Assembly: GCA_963664115.2 (NCBI GenBank)
Contig: CAXWPJ010000002.1
Location: 960,001 to 1,024,000 of the forward strand
Length of the DNA: 64,000 bases
From: Terriglobia bacterium
GTDB lineage: Bacteria; Acidobacteriota; Terriglobia; 20CM-2-55-15
Direction: 5' to 3'
Shown here: positions 10,369-21,090 of the stretch, in pieces
How positions within the stretch are numbered: position 1 is the first letter of the stretch
How the letters are laid out: every line of letters begins with the position of its first letter
The notes under the pieces: model-generated
Seen by the model: only the letters and a program-made list of their open reading frames with translations
Database searches by the model: none
What the model was told of the DNA's origin: nothing
Position numbers and translations under genes: made by a program

Positions 10369-11346
10369 CTAGCCGCTTTGTGAGCTGTAATTGGGTGGGC
10401 TGGGACGGGTTATGGAACGTTCCGCGTTGGTGACTCGGCTCGCGAGCCGTGTGGAATCTACCAGGTTGTTGATCAGTATGTTTTCCACCCACACCCCGAC
10501 ACCGAGCTCACGCAGGGCTTCAAGACTCCCCAGATCGCTCGTGTGGATCACGATATCACCCATGAAGCTTTGATAGCGTTCAGCGACGCTGCGAACGGAC
10601 ACGTCGGTCGAACCGGTTACGGTCATCAGTTGCCCCTCATCACCGGAAACCGCTTGAGAACCGATCACGGGACTGATCGCAAGCACTCCGGCCTCGGTTC
10701 GGGACAGGGCATCCCGAATTCCAGCAACTGCGAGAATGGGGCCGATACTGAGAACCGGATCGCTGGGTGCCACTATGACCCGGGACGCTTCCATAATCGA
10801 TGCAATCACGCCCTCCGGCGCCAGCGCTGTTTCCGCTCCCTCATAGCTAACCCCTGTGGCCAGGTTCGACGTTTCATCACGAGCCAGGTACTGGGCAAGC
10901 GACCACGTTCCTTCCGAGTGATGAATGCGGCTGCAGACGCGGTCGTTGCTTGCGGGAATGATGCGGATTCCGATACCAAAACGATCCGCCAACTCAGAAG
11001 TCACCTCGTCAAGCGTGGCCCCCGCGTTCAACAGCTTGGACCGTACGAGTTGTGTGGCCATCTCATGGTCACCGATCCGCGTCTTCGACCTTAAACCTAA
11101 TTTCCGTATCGTATCCTGGCAGTTGTACGTTTCATTCGGCCGATCCCATCCCCGATAGGGATCCACTTCGCCGGCCAGCGAATAGAGGATACGGTCGATG
11201 TCCGGACTGATGTGGAGGCCCCACATTTCATAATCATCGGCAACGTTGACAATGACGTGAATGTCCTCTTCCGGAATGACATCGACCAGACCCACGAGGA
11301 ACTTCACCGCCCCGCCCCCGCCCGCCAATACCGTCACATGACTCAT
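10369..11346 (-). CDS. CofD/FbiA-like 2-phospho-L-lactate transferase homolog (divergent)
   Basis: LAGGGGAVKF, VNVADD, GLHISPDID, APSDPVLSIGPILAV, SPVIG. Confidence 0.75.
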   Translation of the reverse strand: MSHVTVLAGGGGAVKFLVGLVDVIPEEDIHVIVNVADDYEMWGLHISPDIDRILYSLAGEVDPYRGWDRPNETYNCQDTIRKLGLRSKTRIGDHEMATQLVRSKLLNAGATLDEVTSELADRFGIGIRIIPASNDRVCSRIHHSEGTWSLAQYLARDETSNLATGVSYEGAETALAPEGVIASIMEASRVIVAPSDPVLSIGPILAVAGIRDALSRTEAGVLAISPVIGSQAVSGDEGQLMTVTGSTDVSVRSVAERYQSFMGDIVIHTSDLGSLEALRELGVGVWVENILINNLVDSTRLASRVTNAERSITRPSPPNYSSQSG

Positions 11347-11428
11347 GAAGTGGATATGTCCTCTTTCGCTTCAGCTATTCAACCGAGCCCAGCGTCCAAT
11401 GCGACACAAGTATACCCCTCGCTAAACG

Positions 11429-12343
11429 TCAGGGCTTCAACCCCGCACTGGGGAATGCCGCGCTGAGAAACTCAAAAACCGTATCCAGATACAGCTTCGG
11501 AGCCTGGCTGAACGCGCGTCCATGACCCGCCCCTTCGATGATGAGAACCTCGCTCAAGGGATTCGCCGAAGCCTCGTACAAGCGCTGGGCCCGATCGCGC
11601 GGCATCCGGCGATCCTCACTCCCGGCAATGAACAACACCGGCACTTCCGGAAGGGCTGCCACCGCACGCTCGACATCGCCATCCTCGAGTTCGAATCCCA
11701 TCCGCATCCGTGTCAGGAAAATCAGCAGAGTCGCAACGGGAAACTCGGGCAAACGGAATATGAGACCGACGTGATGGGAGACGGTTTCTTCAAAAGAAAG
11801 AAACGCGCTATCGGAAACCACCGCGCCCACCGCTCTGCACTGCGCCGCTCCCAGCAGGGCGGTCGATCCTCCCAGCGATACCCCCCAAAAAATCTTCTCC
11901 CTTCCAGGGGAAAGCATCTCGATGAACTGAGCTCCGGCACAGACATCCTGACTTTCATCGATACCTAAGGTCGTGTAGGCGTCGCCGCTTTCGCCATGAT
12001 TCCGATATTCGAGCAGGAGCGTCCCATAGCCACGCTGGCGGGCCTCACCCGCGCGCACCAGCAATTCCTGGCGCGACCGGTTCAAGCCGTGCACGAAAAC
12101 GATTGCGGGTTGGTCACTCTCTCCGGGGTCCCACCACGCTCGAAGCCGAACACCATCGGGCGCGCTGAATTCCACGTCGCTTACCGACAGCCCGACCGCC
12201 TCAGGGACGATCGGGTCGGGTTCCGGAAAGCGGAATCGGCTATTGGTGATCAGAAAGGAACCGCCGACGGGTATGACGACCAAGGGGACCAGCACAATGA
12301 TGGCCAGGATGGACAACAGCAGACGCTTTGCCCACCGGTTCAT
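11429..12343 (-). CDS. Membrane-anchored alpha/beta hydrolase
   Basis: N-terminal TM, VHG oxyanion motif, GVSLGG nucleophile elbow, Asp (GSED) and His (GAGH). Confidence 0.88.
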   Translation of the reverse strand: MNRWAKRLLLSILAIIVLVPLVVIPVGGSFLITNSRFRFPEPDPIVPEAVGLSVSDVEFSAPDGVRLRAWWDPGESDQPAIVFVHGLNRSRQELLVRAGEARQRGYGTLLLEYRNHGESGDAYTTLGIDESQDVCAGAQFIEMLSPGREKIFWGVSLGGSTALLGAAQCRAVGAVVSDSAFLSFEETVSHHVGLIFRLPEFPVATLLIFLTRMRMGFELEDGDVERAVAALPEVPVLFIAGSEDRRMPRDRAQRLYEASANPLSEVLIIEGAGHGRAFSQAPKLYLDTVFEFLSAAFPSAGLKP

Positions 12344-12353
12344 CGCTTTTCAC

Positions 12354-12986
12354 TCACCTAAGGCTCGCCACCGGTGCATTTATATCAGGAGTTTCTCGCT
12401 CGATCGTCGCTTGAAGGCTCGCCAGAACTTCATCCGTACCTTCGGCAAGCACCTCATAGATCACGTCTGCCGGGGGTGTCATGGTGACAATTCCATCGAT
12501 CGTGTAACGTCGCTTTTGCTGGGCTTCAACGATATCCGTCAGTACGATTAGGAGGGGCAGGGACTCCCCGTTCCGATGGATTACAAGGCGGCGGCCCAGA
12601 AAATCCGATACGACTTCTCCGGTTCGTTCAGGTTCTATGCGGACTCGAAACTCCACCGGTATTTCTCGAACAGGTGCCGTCGATACATTTTCCACGATGA
12701 GACTTAAATGATGCCAGAAGATATTTTCCTCGGGCCTTCCGGACTCGCCCTCGAGTTCAAGTTCGAGATGGATCTGGGAGTAATCAACATTGGACTGGCG
12801 CGGTTGGACGATCCATACCAGGAAAAGAATGAAGAGCACGCCCGCATACGGATACGGGCTTTCCAGCCGCAACATTCGAACCAGAGCCTGGGTCCGTGGC
12901 GGGGTCGCGGTTGAGAGGCGTTTCCCACACTTTGAGCAGTATTCGCTGTCTGACTGAATCGAAGCGCCACAGTATCTACAAAACAT
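12354..12986 (-). CDS. Zinc-ribbon membrane protein
   Basis: MFCRYCG...YCSKCG, one TM, beta-rich C-terminal domain; TGATG overlap with the hemF stop. Confidence 0.75.
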   Translation of the reverse strand: MFCRYCGASIQSDSEYCSKCGKRLSTATPPRTQALVRMLRLESPYPYAGVLFILFLVWIVQPRQSNVDYSQIHLELELEGESGRPEENIFWHHLSLIVENVSTAPVREIPVEFRVRIEPERTGEVVSDFLGRRLVIHRNGESLPLLIVLTDIVEAQQKRRYTIDGIVTMTPPADVIYEVLAEGTDEVLASLQATIERETPDINAPVASLR

Positions 12987-13861
12987 CAGGCCCAATCCCG
13001 TGGTTGGAAATAAGTCATCGCTGCGTCTTCGACGCTGCCGGACTCCGGATGGTAGTCATAAACCCAACGGGCCATCGGCGGAAGACTCATCAATATGGAT
13101 TCGGTACGACCTCGAGTTTTCAACCCGAAGATCGTTCCGCGGTCGTATACCAGATTGAACTCCGCATAGCGCCCGCGTCGTAACGCCTGGAACTCTGTCT
13201 CACGCTCTCCGTAAGCCACATCTCGCTGCTTTTCCACGATCGGTGTGTATGCAGGCAGAAAAGCGTTTCCCACCGATCGCACGAAGGAGAATATCTCATT
13301 CAAATCCCCTTGGAGATAGTCAAAGAAAACGCCCCCAATGCCACGCATCTCGCTCCTGTGACGAATCGTAAAGTATTCGTCACACCACTTCTTGAAACGC
13401 GGATAGTATTCCCCATCGTGGCCGTCACATGCCGACTTCAAGGTCTCGTGAAAGTGCTTACAGTCCGCCGGGTCGGGATAGCACGGCGTCAAATCCGTAC
13501 CTCCGCCAAACCACGCGGCATCGCCCTTTTCCAGATATCGAAAATTCGCGTGGACAATCGGAACTCGCGGGTTGCGAGGGTGAATCACCAGGGACAGGCC
13601 AGCGGCAAAGAACTCGGTGCCTTCTCCCAGCGGAATCTCGTCGGCGAATTCTTCAGGAAGATTTCCGTGAACGCGGGAGAAACTGACACCCCCCTTCTCG
13701 AAGACCTGGCCTTCTTCGAGAACTCGTGTGCGACCGCCACCACCACCATCCCGTTCCCAGAGATCCTCACGAAACGGCTGACCATCGATCCGCGACAAGG
13801 TCTCCGTAATGCGGTCCTGCAACTCCATGAAATAGTCCGCAGCATCATCTCGTAGCGACAT
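12986..13861 (-). CDS. hemF: Oxygen-dependent coproporphyrinogen III oxidase
   Basis: FEKGGV, HANFRY, WFGGGTDLTP, RRGRYAEFNL, ESILMSLPP; likely start MSLRDD at 13861, not 14617. Confidence 0.96.
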   Translation of the reverse strand: MSLRDDAADYFMELQDRITETLSRIDGQPFREDLWERDGGGGGRTRVLEEGQVFEKGGVSFSRVHGNLPEEFADEIPLGEGTEFFAAGLSLVIHPRNPRVPIVHANFRYLEKGDAAWFGGGTDLTPCYPDPADCKHFHETLKSACDGHDGEYYPRFKKWCDEYFTIRHRSEMRGIGGVFFDYLQGDLNEIFSFVRSVGNAFLPAYTPIVEKQRDVAYGERETEFQALRRGRYAEFNLVYDRGTIFGLKTRGRTESILMSLPPMARWVYDYHPESGSVEDAAMTYFQPRDWA

Positions 13862-13987
13862 GCTGTCATGATAACGCGGATTGAGTCGTGCCGTAATTAG
13901 TTCAATACTCGAAGAGCCGTGCCTCAAACAGAGCACGGCGGTTGAACACCAATAACTCTTGAAGTAAGATGCGCCCAACGAACGCTC

Positions 13988-15355
13988 ATGCCCAAGGCTC
14001 TTGATTCTTATGTCGAATCCGTTCGCGGGGAATTCGAAGCGAAGCTCCGGGAGTGGGTAGAAATACCGACGATTAGCGTGTCCCCGGACCATCGGTCCGA
14101 TATCGATAGAGGGGTCGACGCTGCCGTTGGGTATCTTCGCCAGCTCGGCGCCCAGGCTGATGTGGTTCAGACACCTGGCAACCCTGTCGTCTGGGGCAGG
14201 TTTGAAACCGACCCTGCCCACCCTACCGTAACGGTCTACAACCACCTCGATGTTCAACCGGCAAACGAACCGGAATGGAAAAGTACCCCGTTCCAGATGC
14301 AGATCGAATCGGACACCTACATCGGGCGTGGCACGACCGATGACAAAGGGCCCGCGTTGGCTGCTCTGATGGGCGCCCGCTACTCCATTGAAAACGGCAC
14401 ACCGCTGAACGTCCAGTTCATCTGGGAATTCGAGGAAGAAATCGGCAGCCCCAACTTCGAGGATTTCATCAAAAACCAGCGCACCGGTCTGAAGACAGAC
14501 TCCGTTGTCATATCCGACACGATTTGGATTTCCAGGGACCGGCCCGCCATCCCCTTCGGTTTGCGCGGCCTCCTTTCGATCCGTGTCTATCTGGAAACGG
14601 GCACCCGGGACGTTCATTCAGGTCTGACAGGAGGCGCAGCCCGGAATCCACTGACCGAACTCTGCACATTGATTGCGGACTGCTATGACCTTGAAACACA
14701 GCAGATCAACATACCCGGTTTTTACGAAAACGTCCTTCCCGTGGACGAGGAGGAAATTCAAGGATTTCTCGATTCGGGCTTCGACCCGGAAGTGTTCCGT
14801 GAAGCCCACGGCTTAACAAGAATGAAATCAACAGGGGCCGAGGCACTGGTGCGGCGCGTGTGGACGCGGCCAACATTCGAGGTGCATGGCATCGTCGGGG
14901 GCTATAGCGGACCCGGCGTCAAAACCTCGATTCCTCCACGCGCCGAAGCGAAGATCAGTATGCGTCTGGTGCCCGACCAGTCCCCGGAGAAACAGTTTGA
15001 GTTAGTAAAGTCGTTCATGCAGGAACAAAACCCGGACGTTCGGGTGGAACTGGACTCGACGCTGGCCCCTTTTCTGGGAAGCCCGACGGGCCCCTACGCC
15101 GAAGCGGCCAGCGAGGCCATGCGGAGCGCCTTCGGACGCAATCCCGCCCCGGTTCGCGAGGGTGGGTCCATAGGCGCCGTCGTCACAATGCGCGATTACC
15201 TGAAAGCGCCGATTCTCTTTCTGGGTCTCAGCCTCCCCGAACACGGCTACCACTCCGCCAACGAGAACTTTGACTGGCGTCAAACCGCCGGTGGAATCCG
15301 GATGTTCGCCCGATACTTCGAAAACCTCTCGAAGCTAGGGGGCCAAGCCAGTTAG
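13988..15355 (+). CDS. M20 family metallo-dipeptidase
   Basis: NHLDVQP, GRGTTDDKGP, FEEEIGS, GGSI, H..NE. Confidence 0.92.
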   Translation: MPKALDSYVESVRGEFEAKLREWVEIPTISVSPDHRSDIDRGVDAAVGYLRQLGAQADVVQTPGNPVVWGRFETDPAHPTVTVYNHLDVQPANEPEWKSTPFQMQIESDTYIGRGTTDDKGPALAALMGARYSIENGTPLNVQFIWEFEEEIGSPNFEDFIKNQRTGLKTDSVVISDTIWISRDRPAIPFGLRGLLSIRVYLETGTRDVHSGLTGGAARNPLTELCTLIADCYDLETQQINIPGFYENVLPVDEEEIQGFLDSGFDPEVFREAHGLTRMKSTGAEALVRRVWTRPTFEVHGIVGGYSGPGVKTSIPPRAEAKISMRLVPDQSPEKQFELVKSFMQEQNPDVRVELDSTLAPFLGSPTGPYAEAASEAMRSAFGRNPAPVREGGSIGAVVTMRDYLKAPILFLGLSLPEHGYHSANENFDWRQTAGGIRMFARYFENLSKLGGQAS

Positions 15356-16515
15356 TGCGGAATGAGATTGCGGGCGACGATGTCCCAATAGCTCTGATGC
15401 CGCCCATCCCGGGCATCGTCGAGGAACCCTGCCACATGTTGGATTAGGCTCGTGGGACGGTGGTCCGGCAGGTTTTGTGGATGGGGCCGGCCAAAGGTCG
15501 GGAAGTAGGATCGGATAAAGACCGCGTCATCGGTGAACCCGAAGGCACGCACGTTGGCCACATAGTCGCGCCACTCGGGTAAATCGAATAAGTAGAACTC
15601 GACGTTGGACGTGTAAAAAACAGACACCTCCAGACCCTTTGCCTCCAAAAACGTTGCCGCCGCTCGCAGGGCATGCAGCCCGGCAAAATCTCCTACAATC
15701 GGAATAATGCGGTTTTCTCTTTGAAGCTGCTGCAATCGGGAAAACAGCGTGTCATCCGACAGGTAGTTCTGGTACTGACCGTCCACGTCGGTCTCGCGGA
15801 TCAACTCCTCAAACGTCGGGTAGCCGGGTCTTGGCCGTCCCAGTGTGGAAAACCGCATTCCGAGACCGGCCTCAAAAAACGAGCGGTAAACGTACTCGAT
15901 CCGTTCGAGATCCAACCCGGTCAGCGACAATTCATAATCCTCACCGAGAACCCGAATAACGTTTTCGATGTTGCGGTCGAACAAACCCGGATCGGGAGAG
16001 GCCGTTCTCACAGCGAACAGCATGTCTGCAAACTCAGTCTCGCCTTCTTGCGGAGCGCAATTCCTTGACAAGAGTTGACAGAGAAAGTCGTGCCGGTCCC
16101 GGGCTTCCTCGATCAGAACTTTGAACAGGAGATGCTGCAACATGTTCTGCCGCCGGATGTCGGCAATGATGGCAATCGAAGGCTGGGCATGGACGATGTA
16201 TGTGAAGTTCTGATCCGGACCCACTCCAATGTAGGCACCACCTGTGAGCACATTCTCCCGCAGGCTTGGAACGACGTGCATATAGGACGTTTCGTTGGAG
16301 ATGAAGTTGTCAGTGTCGAAATAACCCTCGGGCTCGGAGAGATCTTCGATCAACGCGGCAAATTCCGTCCGCGTGATCTGGACTTGAACACGGGTCCTTG
16401 AGGTTTCGCCGAATGGGGAGCGCCCCCCGAACCCGATGAAAATGAGCCCCAGCCCTAGCGTCAGGCCGAGGAATACCCACAGCCACTGGCTGACGGAGTG
16501 CTTGGCGTTGGACAC
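15352..16515 (-). CDS. Conserved membrane-anchored hypothetical protein, possibly Rossmann/SAM-MTase-like
   Basis: N-terminal TM; motifs YFDTDNFISNE, YIGVGPDQNFTYI, GDFAG, FYTSNVEFYL. Confidence 0.7.
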   Translation of the reverse strand: MSNAKHSVSQWLWVFLGLTLGLGLIFIGFGGRSPFGETSRTRVQVQITRTEFAALIEDLSEPEGYFDTDNFISNETSYMHVVPSLRENVLTGGAYIGVGPDQNFTYIVHAQPSIAIIADIRRQNMLQHLLFKVLIEEARDRHDFLCQLLSRNCAPQEGETEFADMLFAVRTASPDPGLFDRNIENVIRVLGEDYELSLTGLDLERIEYVYRSFFEAGLGMRFSTLGRPRPGYPTFEELIRETDVDGQYQNYLSDDTLFSRLQQLQRENRIIPIVGDFAGLHALRAAATFLEAKGLEVSVFYTSNVEFYLFDLPEWRDYVANVRAFGFTDDAVFIRSYFPTFGRPHPQNLPDHRPTSLIQHVAGFLDDARDGRHQSYWDIVARNLIPH

Positions 16516-16575
16516 GGTCTCTGGAGGATACTACGACCGTGCAGTTTCAAAGATGCCCGATGAAGGGGCGATCAC

Positions 16576-16893
16576 CTAGCTGACTGGTCGGCTCACCAAA
16601 CTTGCACGCTTACCCAAGAGCAAATCGATGATGAGCCCGACCCGGCAAGGCCACTGTCGGCCATTGTTCAGATGGAGGGTGAGATCGGCATTCTCTTGAA
16701 GCAGAGCCCACAGATCGATTTCGCTTTCGACTCTGATATCCGCACGCACATCGTTTGACTGCGCGAGATCGGATGCCGAATCGGAAAAGGCCGAGGAGTT
16801 AAATCCGTAGACGACACTCCCCAGGCATTCATCTCCCTGGTGAAGTTCGCCCTCACCGGTAATCGATTGGACGACTTCTAATGTCTTAGCCAT
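16576..16893 (-). CDS. Hypothetical protein (105 aa)
   Basis: AAGGAGG RBS before ATG 16893; no recognisable motif. Confidence 0.55.
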   Translation of the reverse strand: MAKTLEVVQSITGEGELHQGDECLGSVVYGFNSSAFSDSASDLAQSNDVRADIRVESEIDLWALLQENADLTLHLNNGRQWPCRVGLIIDLLLGKRASLVSRPVS

Positions 16894-17013
16894 CGCAAGA
16901 GCCTCCTTACTCTTTCTCTTCCGGCACCGTCTTTTCTGGAACCATCGCCTGGCGCAAATCCTGCGCGCCAACTCAAGATTGAACTACCTGGCGGACAGAT
17001 GAGGTCCTCAGCT

Positions 17014-18078
17014 CTAGCCCTCTGAGGCTAAGGCCTTTTCGAAACTCTGAGCAAAATAGTCGATTTCCTCATCGGTCAGGTGGCCGACGTGACCAATGCG
17101 GAAGATCTTACCGTTCAACTTCCCAGGTGCGCCTGCGATCACGATGGAATACTCATCCCGTAATCGCTCGATAACACGCTGGATGTCGAACGACGGAGGG
17201 GCGATGCATCCGGTGATACCGTTGCCGGGCCGTTTTGCGTAAACCTCCAGGCCGTTTCCTTCGACAAGGCCGCGAATGCGCTCGGCCACTGCAGCACGTC
17301 GTTTGTAGACACCCCCGGGACCCATCTCGTCAATCCAGTCGAGTGCCGCATCCAGCTGGTGCATCAGGGAGAGAGGCGGAGTGACGGGAACCTTGGCGAG
17401 GTAGGAAGACCAGTCCCATGTGAAGCGGGGTGACAGCGCCGTCTTCGACCGCTCCCAGGCGCGGGAGCCCACGGCGACGAGTCCCAGGCCGGGTGGTAAC
17501 ATCAGGCCCTTTTGTGAGCCGACCACGACAGCGTCAATATTCCAACCATCCATATCCAGTGGTGAGATTGCGAGGCCCGACACAGCATCGGCAACGAGCC
17601 ACTTGTTTTGGTCCCGCACAGCCTGTCCAATCGCGTCAAGCTCGATGAGGACCCCGGTGGAGCTCTCGCTCCACGTGACGTAGACGACTGAGGCGTCCGG
17701 CCAGCGATCCATCGCCCGGCGAACATCGTCGAGGGAAGGCCCGTGTCGCCAATCCGTTTCCGCTTGATGCGCCTTGAGGCCGAATGCTTCGCCGATCGCT
17801 GCCCAGCGTTCGGCAAACACCCCACCGATCATCACGATGATCTCGTCTCCAGGAGAGTTCATGTTCACAATGGCCGATTCCATCGCACCAGTGCCGGGAC
17901 TGGAAAGGAACAGAATGTCGGATGAGGTACCAAAGAGAGGCTGGACACGGGATTCCAGGCGGGCCCTGAACTGCATGTACTCGGGCGACCGGTGAGCAAA
18001 CAGCGGCCTCTCCCCGGCCTTTGCCACACGGGCCGGAATCTGCATCGGGCCTGGCAAAAGAAGTAAGAAACGTTTCAC
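17014..18078 (-). CDS. Class V PLP aminotransferase (serine-pyruvate/alanine-glyoxylate type)
   Basis: LLPGP, GTGAME, DAVS, GSQKGLMLPPG (PLP Lys), FRIGHVG. Confidence 0.92.
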   Translation of the reverse strand: MKRFLLLLPGPMQIPARVAKAGERPLFAHRSPEYMQFRARLESRVQPLFGTSSDILFLSSPGTGAMESAIVNMNSPGDEIIVMIGGVFAERWAAIGEAFGLKAHQAETDWRHGPSLDDVRRAMDRWPDASVVYVTWSESSTGVLIELDAIGQAVRDQNKWLVADAVSGLAISPLDMDGWNIDAVVVGSQKGLMLPPGLGLVAVGSRAWERSKTALSPRFTWDWSSYLAKVPVTPPLSLMHQLDAALDWIDEMGPGGVYKRRAAVAERIRGLVEGNGLEVYAKRPGNGITGCIAPPSFDIQRVIERLRDEYSIVIAGAPGKLNGKIFRIGHVGHLTDEEIDYFAQSFEKALASEG

Positions 18079-18252
18079 GATCAGTACCTCCGATCCTGGT
18101 CGCAGCTAAAAGGCCACCGACCGGGTCACTTTTTCCATGCCTATTAGAACATGCCCCATTGGAGGATTTTCCAATTAGGAAACACACGGGGACCCACGAA
18201 ATTCGGGTCTAAATACACGTAATCTCCCCTAATCCGTGTACCCTGTTTAGTT

Positions 18253-21003
18253 ATGTCTCAAGTACCGCGTCCAACAAAATTCCAACTGCCCCCGGGAGCC
18301 AGCGTCGTCTACAAGCTATTTGCTGCCGTCGTTCTCATCTTCCTGGGAAACCAGGCGATATCGATCTACGTCGAAACTCTCTGGTATGAGAGCGTCGGCT
18401 ACGAGTCGGTCTATTGGTACAGGCTGGCAATGCAGTGGGGTACCTTCGCCCTGTTCGCGCTGGCGACGGGCGGGTCGCTCTGGGTTCTGCTTTCGTTCCT
18501 GTCTCCGGGCAAAGGCGAAAGCCGATCGGTAATCGAATTTGGCGGGGAAACTCTGGTCATCCCACCACCGGAGTTTTTCCGGAGAGTGGCCGCCGCGGTC
18601 GCGCTCGTGTTCGGCTTGCTCTTCGGGCTTGCATACAGTATCAACTGGTCTGTTTACGCGCTGTTTCTGAACAGGCCGGCACCCTCAGCGGTGGTGGATC
18701 CAATTCTGGGCCAGGATCTGAACTTCTACCTCTTCGTTCTCCCCGCACTGGAATCGCTATCCTCGTGGTTCATCTCGATCAGCGTCATCACCCTGCTGGC
18801 TGCTCTGTTGGTTGCCGCGCTGGACGAATCGAAGAGATTTCGCGGCTTGTCAGCAGGGCTGGCACTGACCTTCCTGGCCCTGGCAACCCGCGCGTACCTG
18901 TACCGCTTTCACTTGCTCTACCAGGAGCACCCGCTGATTTCAGGGGTCACCTACGTGGACGACAACGCCATCATTCCCGGCTTGTGGATCCTCACCGGCG
19001 CGCTATTGGTTGGCGCAGCCGTCAGTGCCTACAATGTCCAGGCTTGCCAGGTACGGAATATCGCCATCGCGGCCGGCTTACCGGTCCTCGTCTATGTATT
19101 TGCCTGGGTGTTGGTTCCTGGCTACGTTACAAATTTCGTGGTTCGACCGAACGAACTGGTTCGGGAAACGCCTTATATCGCCCACAACATCGAACATACG
19201 CGCCAGGCTTTCGGGTTGAGCGAAGTGGAGACTATTCCGTTTGACCCTGCGGTCACCGGAATGTTCGATCCTGAATCGCACGCCCAGACCCTGGACAACG
19301 TCCGGCTCTGGGATTGGCGAGCCCTGCAGTCCACCCTGCAACAGATTCAGGAGATCCGCACGTACTACGATTTTGCCGACGTGGATGTCGACCGGTATGT
19401 CATCGACGGGGAAAAGCGCTCGATGATGCTGGCGACCCGTGAGCTGAACCTGACAAACCTGCCGGCCGGTTCGAGTAATTGGATCAACGAGCGATTGATC
19501 TTTACCCACGGTTACGGCGTGACTATGAATCCGGTCAGCCGTTTCACGAACGAAGGACTTCCCGAACTGGTCCTGCGCGACATGCCGGTGGTAAGTACGA
19601 TCCCGTCGATCCGACTCGAACGACCCGAAATCTACTTTGGCGAACTGACGAACTGGCCCGTCTACGTCAAGACCCGGCAGCAGGAGTTCAACTACCCGGA
19701 AGGGGACAGCAACAATTATTCGACCTACGAAGCAACCGCCGGTATTCGGGTAGGATCGATGCTCCGGCGGGTGATCCTGGCCTACCAGACAGGCGAGTTG
19801 ACAACGCTACCCTTTGCCCAGGACGTGACCGCGGACAGCGAATTGTTGATGCGCCGTAATATCCGGGATCGCATCAGCCGCATCGCTCCGTTCCTGATCT
19901 ACGATGATGACGCCTACATCGTTGTCGGTGAAGATGGTGGCCTGTATTGGATGATCGACGCGTTTACAGTGGCCGATTCCTACCCCTATTCCAGGCAAAT
20001 CCTCTTTCGCGGACAACCCGTCAACTACATCCGTAACAGCGTTAAAGTCATCATCAACGCCTACGACGGGACGACGCGCTTCTATGTGTTCGAACCCGAG
20101 GATCCCGTCATTCAGGCGTACAGCAATACCTTTCCCGATCTCTTCCTGAACGCCGACGAAATGCCGGCTCACCTCGCGGCCCATGTCCGCTATCCCGAAC
20201 TGATGTTCAGCATCCAGGCCCTGGTCTACGCGACGTATCACGTCGAAGACACACAGGTTTTCTATAACCGGGAAGATCTCTGGACCGTTGCTCAGCAAGG
20301 GCGGTCGCAGGCGGGATCCGACGAGATCGAACCCTATTTCGTTCTGCTCCGTTTCCCCGGCGAAGAGGACGTGGAGTTTGTATCCATACTCCCGTTTACG
20401 CCTTCGAACCGGAACAACCTGATCGGCTGGATGGCCGCGCGCAGCGACGGGGAACAGTACGGCAAGTTGAGAGCGTACCAGTTTCCCAAGACCCGCTTCG
20501 TGGATGGTCCGTTGCAGATCGAGGCCCGGATCGATCAGGACCCGGAACTGTCTTCGCAGTTGAGCCTGTGGAACCAGCAGGGATCCACCGTCCTCCGCGG
20601 GAACCTGCTGGTCATTCCCCTCGACGACACGCTCCTGTTTGTCGCGCCGATATTCCTACAGGCGGAACGCAGCCCCATGCCCGAACTCCGCATCGTCGTG
20701 CTCGCTACTCAGGACCGCATGGCTTACGGAGCCTCCTTTGAAGAGGCGCTGACCAACCTTCTCGATCGCAGTTTCACCTTTACTCCCGATGCGGCGGTCG
20801 AGATAACCGAAACCGGTCTGGATGAACTCCCGCCGGTCCTTACACTCACAGAGGCAGCCGCGCCCGCCGCGTTGATCCAGCGCGCAAGTCAGGCTCTTGC
20901 CGATTACCAACGCTTCACCTCTGAGGGACGCTTGGCCGATGCCGGTCAGAGCCTGGAGGATCTTCGAGAAGCGTTAGAAGAATTGAACGTGTCGTCTCCC
21001 TAG
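18253..21003 (+). CDS. UPF0182 family membrane protein
   Basis: Several N-terminal TMs, NVRLWD, DVDVDRY, FTHGYG, YIRNSVK, RGNLLVIP. Confidence 0.93.
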   Translation: MSQVPRPTKFQLPPGASVVYKLFAAVVLIFLGNQAISIYVETLWYESVGYESVYWYRLAMQWGTFALFALATGGSLWVLLSFLSPGKGESRSVIEFGGETLVIPPPEFFRRVAAAVALVFGLLFGLAYSINWSVYALFLNRPAPSAVVDPILGQDLNFYLFVLPALESLSSWFISISVITLLAALLVAALDESKRFRGLSAGLALTFLALATRAYLYRFHLLYQEHPLISGVTYVDDNAIIPGLWILTGALLVGAAVSAYNVQACQVRNIAIAAGLPVLVYVFAWVLVPGYVTNFVVRPNELVRETPYIAHNIEHTRQAFGLSEVETIPFDPAVTGMFDPESHAQTLDNVRLWDWRALQSTLQQIQEIRTYYDFADVDVDRYVIDGEKRSMMLATRELNLTNLPAGSSNWINERLIFTHGYGVTMNPVSRFTNEGLPELVLRDMPVVSTIPSIRLERPEIYFGELTNWPVYVKTRQQEFNYPEGDSNNYSTYEATAGIRVGSMLRRVILAYQTGELTTLPFAQDVTADSELLMRRNIRDRISRIAPFLIYDDDAYIVVGEDGGLYWMIDAFTVADSYPYSRQILFRGQPVNYIRNSVKVIINAYDGTTRFYVFEPEDPVIQAYSNTFPDLFLNADEMPAHLAAHVRYPELMFSIQALVYATYHVEDTQVFYNREDLWTVAQQGRSQAGSDEIEPYFVLLRFPGEEDVEFVSILPFTPSNRNNLIGWMAARSDGEQYGKLRAYQFPKTRFVDGPLQIEARIDQDPELSSQLSLWNQQGSTVLRGNLLVIPLDDTLLFVAPIFLQAERSPMPELRIVVLATQDRMAYGASFEEALTNLLDRSFTFTPDAAVEITETGLDELPPVLTLTEAAAPAALIQRASQALADYQRFTSEGRLADAGQSLEDLREALEELNVSSP

Positions 21004-21090
21004 ACGGATGTCCGCTCGTATTGAGCCGATGAAAGGCCGATGAAAGGATGCAGGGCAGGGAACAGCCTTCTATCGGCCTGCTGGCCCTAG

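Noticed and set aside
13862-14617. 250-aa N-terminal extension of HemF
   Set aside because: It lies antisense to the M20 peptidase; HemF similarity begins at MSLRDD
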